From the NCBI GenBank assembly GCA_964247055.1, contig OZ176050.1:13578001-13642000 (forward strand): DNA of 64,000 nt, given 5' to 3'. The stretch's first letter is position 1, and each line of letters starts with the position of its first letter. This DNA comes from Paragordius varius. Taxonomy: Eukaryota > Animalia > Nematomorpha. This document shows positions 24,460 to 36,020 of the stretch, piece by piece. The position numbers and the translations under genes were made by a program. Below the pieces are notes generated by a model, which did not search any database, was not told the DNA's origin, and was given only the letters and a program-made list of their open reading frames with translations.

Positions 24460-25230
24460 ATGGAAAATCTCACAAAACTCGGTAATTTTTGTGTTAAAAC
24501 CATTCCTAATCGCAAATTATATTCTATAAAATCCGATATCATTGATTTTGATGACACCAAAGATGTATATGCCAACATGGAATCTGGGTTCAAATCTGCT
24601 GATCGTATCAATATCAAACTATTGTGCGATATTGAAACCAAAAAAGTATACGAATGTACAATGAAAATTAATGACTGTTTTTCTTTTGATCCTGGCGATA
24701 CGTTTGCTATATTAGTTGCGAATAGTGTCGATGAAATAACCTACGTATTAAATCGCTTAAATCTTTTGCATAAGGCTGACCAAAAAATAACCATTACATA
24801 TAATAATCAAAATGTGCCACAAACTTTTGAAAATACCGTATTTTGCCATACTCTTTGGCATTTCCTTAGCAATATATATGATATAAGGTGTATACCCAAA
24901 AAAGTTATATCCATTTCTAAAATTAGCTCTTTTTACGTGATTTAATTGAATTTACCTCGAATTTGGCAGAAAAAACACGTTTACAACAATTATGTAGTCG
25001 AGAAGGTGCATTAGAGTATGAAACTTGTATTCGACAACAAAACGTTACTTTTCTTCATATTCTTAAAGCATTTCCTTCATGTCAACCAACTCTGGAATGT
25101 CTTATAAGTATTATCCTTATGCATATTTCTAATTATTAATGTTTAAAATCTGTTTAGTTTAGAATAGACACAGTTTTTTTGTATTAATTTGAACAATCAA
25201 AATTTTTTAATGCAACTCAAAAATCAAATT

Positions 25231-25268
<38 letters not shown>

Positions 25269-28200
25269 AAAACCGCTTGTATTAAATTATATATGACTAT
25301 TGTTTGCACACTGCACAAAAACGGTTTCATTTTCTATGTCTGATTCAATGTTAAATAATTAAATAATTTAACCATTATATTTCGTAAATTTATTATTATT
25401 TAATTACGCTTTTCCTTATTATTTGATAGATCATTTACCATTTTTACAACCGCGGGCCTATTCAATCATTAAGTAGGTAATAAGAATTATATTAGTATAT
25501 ATTTATATTCATATAATATAGTAATGTAATTTTTCAATTTGTTATTAATCAAAAAGCTCACCTTTAGAAAACACAGATAATAATGATAAAATTAAAACGA
25601 TAAAATTTGCCTTCACTTTGGTTTCAATTAAACCGGATATTTGGTTTGCCGAACAGAGGTATGGTCTTTGTACCGGATACCTTAAATCATTGTCTGATAA
25701 AGATCCTGAAATTAATATAACTTCAACACTTAAAGTATATCATAAAATATTTCATTTTTTGAAAATGTAACTACAACTGTTTTTACTTTCCGGTTTCATA
25801 TAATATATATTTTGGGAAAAAGCGCTGGTGTTTAAAATGTTAGTTTTAGTGTTAAAGAATTTCTTTCTCACAAAGTTTGATTCGATTCTAACTCCATTGA
25901 GTATATTTTGAAAATTTGGTCCATTCTATTAAATGTTTATAATAGCCTTGATAATATATATACTTCACCTAAATTCTTATGATATGCTACTTTGTTACTT
26001 AAATGCCGTATTTTGTATTAAAAATTAAAAAACTTTGGTTTTAAAACGGTTCCTAAGGTTTAATCAATACTTATATAAATTATTTATGTTTTTTTAGTAT
26101 ACATTCAAGATTTTTTGATTTTTTTTATCCAAATATTTTAAATTAATATTATTTTATATAAAATTTTATTCATTTATATATATACCTATCTAGATTTTTA
26201 AACGGAAAAATGATTATTTCAAGTTGCCTTTACCACCATTGAATGGCGAACACAAAAAACAAACCCTAATATTTTTAGCTCCTGGGGTTGGGGTTGCACC
26301 CTACCTTTCTTTCTTGCAACACTTAAATAAATTACAAGAAAATGATAATAAATTGTCAAATATGTTCAACAATGACAATATTACTATTAATGAATGGTTA
26401 AATAATTTAGAAGTTTGGTTATTTTATGGTTGTCGCAATTTTGCCCAAGATTTTATTTACAAGTATATATATATATATATATATATATATAAGAGAAAAA
26501 GTAGCTTCAAAAAATATTTTACAGTAAATTGAAAAGTAAACATTAAAATATAAAGACAAAAATTTTTTTCTAAAAGACAACCATCTTTTTAAACCTTCAT
26601 AATTTTTTAAATATAACTCATTGTTTAAAACTCCTCTATGAAATTGAAATGTTTATTGGCAACATAATCAATTACATGTTATACGATTGTTATGAAAGTA
26701 GGATTTGAAATAGTATAATTATCTTTTGAAAAAATGTAGGTCCTTATTTATAATTTTACTTTTTGTCCGTATAATCTAAATTTTTACTCAAATATAATCC
26801 ATTAATAAAAATTATCGACTATTCACATTAGAAAGGACTTGGAAACATTGTTCTTTGGCGATTCCGAGTGCAAGCCTTTGAATTGTTTTACAAGGGTTTA
26901 TCTATCCTTTTCCCGGCCCGCTTCATTTGATAGCCAACGTGTAAAGACTGAGACAAATGGTTTTTTTTAGTTTATTCAAAAATTTTTTGAAAAAAAATTA
27001 ATTTACAATATACCATTTACACTTCAATTTTACCCTCAAACAATTCAGCGTTCTATTATAAATCAATTATGAATATGAAATGTATCTTTGTGGCATAGTT
27101 TATTTTCATTTATATTAAAATTTTAAACAAAATTTATTTTTTTAAAATAAAAAAAAACATTGAATAATTTTTAAACTTAATTAACACATAATTTATTTTA
27201 GGGTGAATTCGATGTGTAAATGGAATATATTATATACCACTGTGCGCAAAAAAGGGGGGTAAAAAATCGAACATGAGTTTTGAGAATCATAAGAAATCCC
27301 TTGGTAAATGAGACCCCAAAAATTTAGGGGCAAAAATGCGCCCCAAAATGGAAATATTCCATTTTTTCATTTTTGACTAAAAATAGATTTTTGTCACTTA
27401 ATGAGCAAACACGATAAAACTTTTATATATTATATAAAACCTAATATATTCTTAAGAAAAATACATAAAATTATTTTAAAGTATCAATAAATTTATTAAT
27501 TCCACAAAAATAGAAATTGGTAAATTTTGTGACATTGTTAAATATGTTAAATAAAATTATTTGTAAAAACTCCATATTGTTTTATTATTTAAGTGTATGA
27601 CTTATATTAAACATACCAAAGAGTTGGTATGTTTAATAAAGGCTATGTATCTCTTTAAGTCCCTTTTGGAGTATTTTCGTTATTTTTATTTTATTTTCCT
27701 CACATGCTTCTCATTGTTTCATAACAACATAAAGCCGCAGTTTTCAAATGCGAATACAGAAAAAACCAGCAAAACTCCAAAATTATGGATTTCCCATTAC
27801 ATTACTTCGGAAAAATGTTTATATGCTATTTAATGTATAGATAATAAATTTAATTAAAGACCTTTTGATATGCAGAAGGCAGCACCAGAAATATAAATAG
27901 CTTTATTTGCTAATCAAATAGTTACCTCTATATACAATATATATATTAAGGAAAATTCTATTTGTAAAGAATAGTATTAATGGCCGTTTCTTCATATAAT
28001 TTTAGTTACAAAATATAATTATCCCTGCACCAAAATTATTCTGACATTTTTTAATAATATACTTTTTGAAACTCTATTGCTCAAATTGTAAATCAAACAA
28101 AAGTCCAAAACGGCAATTATTACGATTATATATATTGAAAAATTGATAATAGATGGATTTGATTCTTATTCAATATAATTTTTAGCTTTTTTTTACATCC

Positions 28201-31200
28201 AAGAATATATATTTAGGTTTCTTTAAAATTTTAAAATAAAAATGTTCCTTTTGGTCTTACCAAGATATTGTCAAATACAAACTTCGTTTGCAAAAATTGC
28301 TCTTGCAACATCTCTTCAAACACTCCCAACCATTCGATACACAATGAATTTGATTATGAAACAGTTGTTCAATTCAAATATCTAAGTAACTGAGGCTATC
28401 AAAGATAGAATAATCACACAAACATGGAAAAGCTACCATGCACTCAAACAAACATATTATAAATAATAAATAAACCCAGCTAAAAACCAAAGGACAACTC
28501 TACTGTACAGTTAAAAGACCGATGTGTTGACATACGCCTTAGAGTGTTGGCCAATGTTAATAACTTAATTGTTTTTGTTAACTTAAACTCAATTGACCTT
28601 TTTATATTAGTTAACTAATGAAAATATAATATTATGCATAAGTTATTAAACATAACAGCCAATGACGGCAACAAACTGTAAAACATTACAATTTTCTGAA
28701 TGTAAAATATTAAACACAATCCTATTTGCTCAATTACTATATAGTTGTAATACATTTGACCCTTTCGTTATGTTAAATATCCCAAACATCGAACAAATTC
28801 TAAAGATAAACCGCTCGGGATATGCAGGCCATATCCACCGGCGTCCACCCTTACAATACAAGCTTAACTACACCGCTTCAACAAGACATAATAGGGGCCA
28901 CCCTTTAAAGATTGGTCAAAAACATAAATGTAGATATGATGATTCCCAACTTAAACATTAATGATGCACTTGATCGCACTTTTTGGAGAAAAAAAATACG
29001 ACGAGCTTCAAATCTGAAGATAGTCTAACCCAACGACAACACTTCAAATACATATAAGAATTTCAATTTATTTATACACAATGAATACATTATTTAGATA
29101 TAAAATGATTCCAATAGTATTCACCAATCATATGGAAATTATTGGAACTATATAGTTTTTTTCGATATGTTTGAGCGTTTGATGGAACCGTTCTCCATGC
29201 TGGTCTGTAGCCCTCCACCGGGGGAATTTGTCCACAAGATGTAGTTTTATGGATATATTAGCCCCGAAAAAAAAATAAATAACATTAAATGTTATAGATA
29301 ATTCTTTAAAAATCAAATATTTACCTAGGACTTTAAAGGAGTAGTCTACTACTTCTGCTCCTAGAGAGACATAACCTATAGATTTAAAATTTCTCGAAAA
29401 TTCTATGCTGAAAGTTTTAAATGCATTAAATGCTCTTTTTTTAACAGGATTCATTATGTTGTAAAAGGCCTTCGATTCAAATAATCTTTCTATTTGAGGT
29501 CCAGTTAAATATCCTGCCGACAATTTGATTGGATTGATTTTAAATATATTTAAATTAAATAAATAGGCTGGTCCTGCCTTATTCATAAATTATAAAAGTT
29601 CGGGCTAGACCCAATTATATATGCAAGGGAGGTATATCATGTTATCCATATAAGTCAATGGAATTCTGTCGCTTGTACCTTGTATTTTAGGTTTAAACAT
29701 ACCTATAACATCATCCGTTCTAGGATAGTATAAATGGTGTGGATTATAATGGTTTCCTTTATTTCTAGATTGCATGAGGCAAAAAAGACAGGCGTACGTA
29801 GGGTACCCGCCTTTCAAACCGCGGCATATGGATAAAAACAAAAAATTATTTAATGTCATACTTTATAATCAGCAATCAAGGAGTAGTGATTGCGATTCGG
29901 ACATCTATCCAACATTTTTTTATAAAGATTATAAGTTTCCTTATCCCCATATAGTTTAGCTTTATAGGCTAGGATAATGGGTGGGTATTTAGATTCCTTA
30001 TTAAGCAATATGATTTTATAAAACTATTCTAATAAATTAATAAATAAATTTATTCACTTCATTAGCATGTATAAAAATCGTCCAATCTCTATCATCTGTA
30101 TATAGCTGATTGCCAATTTATCAATCAAAGCTGGTAGATCAATACAATATGCTATATTGTTTTCACATTTAAAATGTTTTCGTTGTCTGTATTGACTTCC
30201 CAAGCCTCTCCTGAAAGAGATTTTAATGGACTTAATAAAACATTCCCAAGACGATGCTAATATATAATTTAATCATAGACTTTATTCCGATCGAAGATGC
30301 TAATATTGAATCAAAATGCTCTTCTGAGCTGAGTAATATAGTCAAGTCCGCAAGACTAAGTATTAAGCAAACCGGAATACTGACAGAAAAAATTATTAAT
30401 ATGAAGGTGAATATTGATGTGAAAATATAGGTAAATACAGAAAACGAAAACATCATAAATGTAAAAACAATATAGCATATTGTATTGTTCTGTCAGCTTT
30501 GATTGATAAATTGGCAATCAGCTATATAGATAGATGAAAGGGATTGGACGATTTTTATAGATGCTAATGAAGTAATTAAATTTATTAATTTATTAGAATA
30601 GTTACAAAATCATATTGCTCAATAAGGAATCTAAATACCCGCCCACCCATTATCCTAGCCTATAAAGCTAAATTATATGGGGATAAAGAAAACTATGATC
30701 TACATAAAAAAAAATGTTGGAAAAGTGTCAAATCGCAATCATTACTCCTTGATTGCTGATTATAAAGTATGACATTAAATAATTTTTAGTTTTTATCCAT
30801 ATGCCGCGGTTTGAAAGGCGGGTACCCTACGTAAGCCTTCTTTTTTGCCTCTATAAATCCCGAAATATGTTGACACTATCTTGGTAAGACCGGAACATAT
30901 TTATTTTAAAATTTTATAGAAACCTAATTATTTATTCTTGGATGAAAAAGCTAAAAATTATATTGAATAAAAATCAAATCCATTTTTCATCAGTTTTTCA
31001 ATATATATATATATAATCGTAATAATTGTTTAATTTACAATTTGAGCAATAGAGTTTCTGAAAGTAGATTATTAAAAAATGTCAGAATAATTCTATTTTG
31101 TAACTAAAATCATATGAAGAAAATATACGTGAAACTCAATCTGTCATTAATATTATTCTTACAAATAGAATTACCCTTAATAAGCTATTTATATTTTCGG

Positions 31201-33881
31201 TGCTGCCATTCTTAAAATCAAAAGGTCTTTAATTAAATTTATTATTTATAGTTTAAATAGTATATAAAGAATTTTCCGAAGTAATGTAATGGGAATTTAT
31301 TAATTTTGGAGTTTTGCTGGTTTTTTTTGCATTCGCATTATTGAGGCTTTATGTTGTTATGAAACAATGAGAAGGATGTGAGGAAAATGAAATAAAAATA
31401 ACGAAAATACTCCAAAAAATACAAATTTTTGAGGGACTTAAAAAGATACAAAGCCTTTACTAGACACACCAACTCTTTGATATGTTTAATATAAGTCATA
31501 AACTTAAATAATAATAACAATATGGAGTTTTTACATATAATTTTATTTAACATATTTCGACAATGTCATAAAATTTACAAATTTTTATTTTTGTGGAATT
31601 AAAAAATTTATTGCTACTTTAAAATAATTTTATTTATTTTTCTTAAGAATATATTATGTTTTATATAGTATATAAAAGTTCTATCGTGTTTTCTTAATAA
31701 CTTTAAAAAATATGGGCAAAAATTTATTTCTAGTCAAAAATAAAAAAATGGAAGATTTCCATTTTGAGGCGCATTTTTGCCCCTAAATTTTTGGAATTTC
31801 TAATTTCCAAAGGATTTCTTATTATTCTAGATAAAACTCATGTTCGTTTATTTTTTTGTGCTCACTTTGTACTAAACATAACAAAAAATAAATGATGGCT
31901 AAGCATTTGATAAGTTTAATAATCATTATATCATTTAGATATTTTATTAGAAAGGAAAGTTGCATGTTAGTTGTTTCATTTTATTACCAAAATTTAAATT
32001 ATATTTAAATAAGTTGAGCAATAATGTTTTAAGTCAACTTTTAAAACGTTACAGAAAAATAGTGAAGTTCATGGAAAAAGTATGTGATTTAATTAGCTTT
32101 AACATAGCTAAAATTCAAAAACATGATTTTTTAATAAATAATTTTTTAAGTCCAATTGAATAAAAAGTAAATTAGGAACTTTTTCGAATGATATGCTTTA
32201 TAAGTTTCTTATTTTATTTAATTTTAGTGTTAAATGCAATCAACGGTATCTCTAACGACACAATTAATATTGTTGAGGATAAATACAATGACCTTATAAC
32301 CCCTCCTCCGATTGAAAATAGTCAATATGTTTGTTACGATAGGATGAATTTAACAAGTTAGTAATAAATTTTAATCAATTATTATAACATATATTTACAT
32401 TTCACTTATGCTTAAATTTTATATATATAAGGTGATCATTTTGAACCTTGCGCTAATTATCCCAAATACATTCAAGACAATTTAAAGTTAGCATCACATG
32501 AAATTATACCAAAGTTAATTGATGGTACTGCCAAGATATATCTTACGGGAGATGCTAAAGGGATAAGTGCGTCCATCAAAAAATGTTTGACACAAATGTT
32601 TTTGGAGGACAAAAATTTAAGTTTGCTACATTCAAATATTATTTTTATCTAAATCATCAGGGGGTGTTCAATACAAAAATGGCTTCGCTGGTCGCATATG
32701 CAAATTATATGGGCATTAACACATATTTTATAAAATGAGAGGCGTGATGGTATAGTAGGTAGGGCGCCGGACTCTTACACTGCGTGCCAGAGTTCGAACT
32801 CCGAAAATACGCAATTTTTTCATCATCACTGTCAGCCCTGGGCAAACGAGTGTTTAAAGCCTTGACAAGTTCGGATACAATTTAAGTCTTTACCCTTTAA
32901 TAATAAAAAAGGAAAAAAGAGACTTTAAACTGTTTATTTTTTATTAGATCTCTTACATAAAACTATAAAAACTACCATGTATTTATTGAACAATTTTTTG
33001 CAAGTTTTTGCCAAAATTCGGAATGATATATTCAGTAAATTGTTTAAGGAATTCAATTTTACTTGGATTTCGTTACATTTTGTATTTGAACTCGCGGGCT
33101 GAAAAATATTTCGGAGGGCTGCGTATCGACGCCCTAATATTAGATAGTAATCTGCTTTAACACTTCGATTCAAATTGGGGTATATGAATACCCCAGTCTA
33201 AATTTAAATTAATATTTTTAAAAAACTACTGAAGGAAACGGTCCCAATTTAAATTTATGCTTCTATCCTGATAAATATTATATAAATATGCCAAAATATC
33301 TTGATAAGATTTTGTTTTGAAAAAAAAAGCTTCATCTCAAACTACTTCGACGCCATTTTTATTTTACAAAATTTTTGCAAAATATCGTCTTTATTTGATT
33401 TTATGGGTAAAACTAAAGCTAATTTTTTATATAAATTACATCTAACATTGATAAATAAGAAAAAGCGGTTTAGTTTGTATAATTTTTCAATTTTACAATT
33501 TGACACATGTCACGTTGACGAAATTTTTACCTTTCGGTTTTAGCTTAAAATAAGTTCTATCAAGTATTTTTAAATAAATTTTTTATATATTTCGGTTTAT
33601 TAATGTTAGATAAGTGCAAAATTTTGCCATGGTTTTGATTCCTTATATATTTTTTAAAGAATTTAATTTTAAACAGGCCTGGGGTATCCAACTACCCCAA
33701 TTTGAATCGAAGGACTAAAATGAGTGTGTTGTATCCAAGTGTTAAAATAATATATTAACAAAGGTGACATAGATATATAATTTTTTTTATTTGCTATACA
33801 GATTGGTCGGAGAAAGAATGCGCAAATTTCGTTAAAAAAATGCAAGTGGAACATCAATTTTTGGAAGATACATGGATATAA
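24460..33881 (+). CDS. MTRR: Methionine synthase reductase-like diflavin-reductase family protein (FAD/NADPH module only), 9 exons, about 539 aa
   Basis: Exons 24460-24903, 24927-25107, 25430-25472, 25557-25734, 26194-26462, 26832-26938, 32228-32356, 32432-32620, 33802-33881 (1620 nt, GT-AG, in phase). MTRR-like motifs: FSFDPGDTFAILVAN, DIRCIPKK, RLQQLCSREG, AFPSCQP, HLPFLQPRAYS, GLCTGYL, APGVGVAPY, WLFYGCRN, SFSR, KYIQDNL, GDAK, and terminal EDTWI*. The start codon is uncertain. Confidence 0.85.
28345..29035 (+). mobile_element. 5'-truncated RTE-clade LINE fragment inserted in the left arm of the foldback
   Basis: Decayed frames YETVVQFKYL, AIKDRI, LTYA-ECW, RSGYAGHIHRR, RHNRGHP, DALDRTFWR are the RTE C-terminal signature. 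Confidence 0.7.
29128..30195 (-). pseudogene. Frameshifted Chapaev3-like transposase, catalytic region to C-terminus
   Basis: ORF fragments 29605-29859 and 29128-29586 plus the upstream NIAYC and WTIFID segments match my recollection of the 'WRLFIDSS...GYTKYPCFLCxWDSR...GPQIR...GERFHQ' transposase family. Confidence 0.75.
32741..32905 (+). mobile_element. tRNA(Lys-like)-derived SINE nested in a hAT MITE
   Basis: GGCGTGA TGGTATAGTAGG (A box) ... CTCTTAC (CTT anticodon-like loop) ... GAGTTCGAACTC (B box). The anticodon stem is broken, and a non-tRNA body with an AATAATAA tail follows. Confidence 0.65.
33161..33741. mobile_element. piggyBac-type MITE, second copy (inverted), in MTRR intron 8
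   Basis: TTAA|CACTTCGATTCAAATTGGGGTATATGAATACCCCAG ... GTATCCAAGTG|TTAA. Reverse complement of 22219-22768. Confidence 0.8.
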
Positions 33882-34199
33882 TGACATATATTATCATGAA
33901 ATAACTATGATATAGCAATATATTGTTTTTCTGTCAATTAAATATATATATGGTTTATTGACGAGATTAAGATCAATCCTTTGCGGATAAATTTTTAGAG
34001 CATATATTTGGAATCTAGAAAATTTTATTTGTTACATTTAACCTTATATTCGTAAACGAAGTAAATCATTGCAATTGAATAACATTTGGTTTTCTTTCAT
34101 CGATCCATTACTTTCTTTCTTGGCTTTGATTTGGGGGAGAGAATTATGCTTACAATTCAGCATAAATATTATTCGTTCATATATATATATATAGATAAA

Positions 34200-34985
34200 A
34201 TCAAATACCCATGCCGTGCATGCTTAAAAAATATGGGACTAAACTCCATCCAATGCACCAAGTGTCAATACTGGTTACATAAACCATGTCAGGATTAAAT
34301 GGAAGTTTAAAAAATAATAATAATTACATATTCCCCCCATGTACTCTATCCAAACAATATATTCCACTCTACCTTAGACAAGGTGACAGTGACATTGAAA
34401 AAGTAGAAAAGTTTACCTACCTTGGTGATACCATTTCCGCTCAAGGAGGTTCATCGGAAGCCATGAAAAATCGTATAAAAATTGGTTGGGGTAGAAACAA
34501 CCAATATAAACACATATTCACCAACAAACATATCTTAAAAAACAAAATATACCTGATTGGCGTTAGGACTATAACATATGCTTGCGAAACATGGCAAATA
34601 AGTAAAACACAGGAAAATATGCTGGATAATATGGAAAAAAGAATGATAAATACATTTAAGCGAACAATTTCTCATGATAAAAAAATCCTACCAATCTTAA
34701 ATATATCCGAATCCGTAGACTCGGCTACTACGGTTACATTCAAAGATTAGATAACGATTATTGGATAAATAATATAACAAACTTTAAGAAGCCAAACAAA
34801 CAAAACAGAGTTGGTCGTCCAGCAATAACATGGGACAAAAACATTACCCAAGACCTACAGCCCAAAAACATAAAAGCCGGGGACTGGTTAAACAAAAAAT
34901 CCTTCAATTCAATGATCAAACACCTAAACCCCCTCACGACGGGATGCCAAGGGACCCCTTGACAACAGCCATCTATCTATCTATA
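34200..34985 (+). mobile_element. RTE-clade LINE 3' fragment with PHD-like Cys finger, ending in an (ATCT)n tail
   Basis: YPCRACLKNMGLNSIQCTKCQYWLHKPC, then IEKVEKFTYLGDTISAQGGSSEAMKNRIKIGW, TYACETW, RVGRPAITW. Tail CCATCTATCTATCT. Confidence 0.8.
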
Positions 34986-35029
34986 TCAAACTTTTATCAA
35001 TCTTTTGTGTTAGTGTATCGCCATGTGCG

Positions 35030-36020
35030 ATAATTATAGTTTCCTTTGCGATGATATTCGTATAATCCTCCAGCTTCAATGGTTTCGCAATCGCTGGACC
35101 TCTCTCCGATTGACTTAAACTATCAGCTTTAGCATCTTTTAATATTTGATATGATATTTGCATAATCATTTCAATGGTTGTTTCGCAGATTGACTTCTCA
35201 ACTAGCTATCTGCTTTGAGTTTAGCATCCTTTAATATTTGATTTGCGATGATATTTGTATAATCCTTTAACTTCAGTGTTTTTGGGATACATGCCGGTGA
35301 TCCGTAGTTGGCTTTTACAAAGCATATCATAAAACTTAATTCATATAGTTAGTTAGAAATGCGATAACTTTAGAGGTGTAACTAACAATGCAATTTTGAA
35401 GAAAATCAATCCCGATATGTAATTGCTTGGAATGTCCATCCTCACCAAACTATCCTACTTTGGCCACATTATGAGATTTAATTCACTGGAAAAGCCCTTG
35501 ATGTTGGGAAAAGTTAGTGATACACGTAAAAGGGGCCGAAGAAGGATATGATGGATGGACAATATTTTACAAACGCAACCTTGGCAGAACACAACATAAA
35601 ACCTAAAAACCGCAATTTATGGAGAAGTTTATTTTACAATATTGTAAATAGTTGACCTCGACTGTAACAATACACATACAATGATAATAATTCAAAAAAA
35701 AACCTTATTTACCTCAGCTATTTTATGTTGGTTTTGCAAATGATTTTCGGCTATAAGTTTGGCCTCTTTTAATATTTGATTTGCTATGATATTTATATAA
35801 TCTTCAGTTTCAATAGTTTCCCAATCACTGGATTTTCATTCGATCGACTTTTCAAATGACTATCAGTTATAATTTTAGCCTTAATATTTGATTTGCAATA
35901 ATATTTGTAAATCCTTCAACTTTAGTGGTTTTACGAAATATTGGTTAAGAATTGGTGAAGAGTAATATTCTGCAATATTTGGATTTACAGTTGAACCGTT
36001 TTTGTGGGCACACAACATGG
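35030..36020 (-). pseudogene. Decayed coding-like tandem repeat (LKLxDYxNIIANQILKxAKL units), interrupted by an RTE fragment
   Basis: Five related units at about 35040, 35140, 35230, 35770 and 35880 with stops and frameshifts. A GTAAAT donor-like site follows ...HKIAE at about 35712. Confidence 0.45.
35400..35690 (+). mobile_element. Short RTE/BovB-like 3' fragment
   Basis: YFWPHYEI/GHIMRFNSLEKPLMLGKVSDTRKRGRRRIxWMDNI...NRNLWRSL. Confidence 0.75.

Larger units (their letters stand above)
27238..31869. mobile_element. Chapaev3-like (CMC superfamily) DNA transposon derivative arranged as a head-to-head foldback, in MTRR intron 6
   Basis: Termini CACTGTGCGCAAAAAA / TTTTTTGTGCTCACTTTG flanked by TAC on both sides (3-bp TSD). 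About 1 kb of inverted arms. Decayed transposase motifs WTIFIDA, GLKGGYPTYACLFCLMQSR, AGYLTGPQIERLF, KRAFNAFK, DQHGERFHQTLKHIEKNY. Confidence 0.8.

Noticed and set aside
30232-30456. Hydrophobic 74-aa minus-strand ORF resembling a membrane protein
   Set aside because: Antisense shadow of the plus-strand transposase remnant (ELSNIVKSARLS).
27597-31553. Paired ORFs 27597-27833 (+) and 31338-31553 (-)
   Set aside because: They lie in the non-coding inverted arms of the foldback; AT-rich chance ORFs.
32741-32812. Functional tRNA-Lys gene
   Set aside because: Anticodon and acceptor stems are poorly paired and it continues into a SINE-like body.
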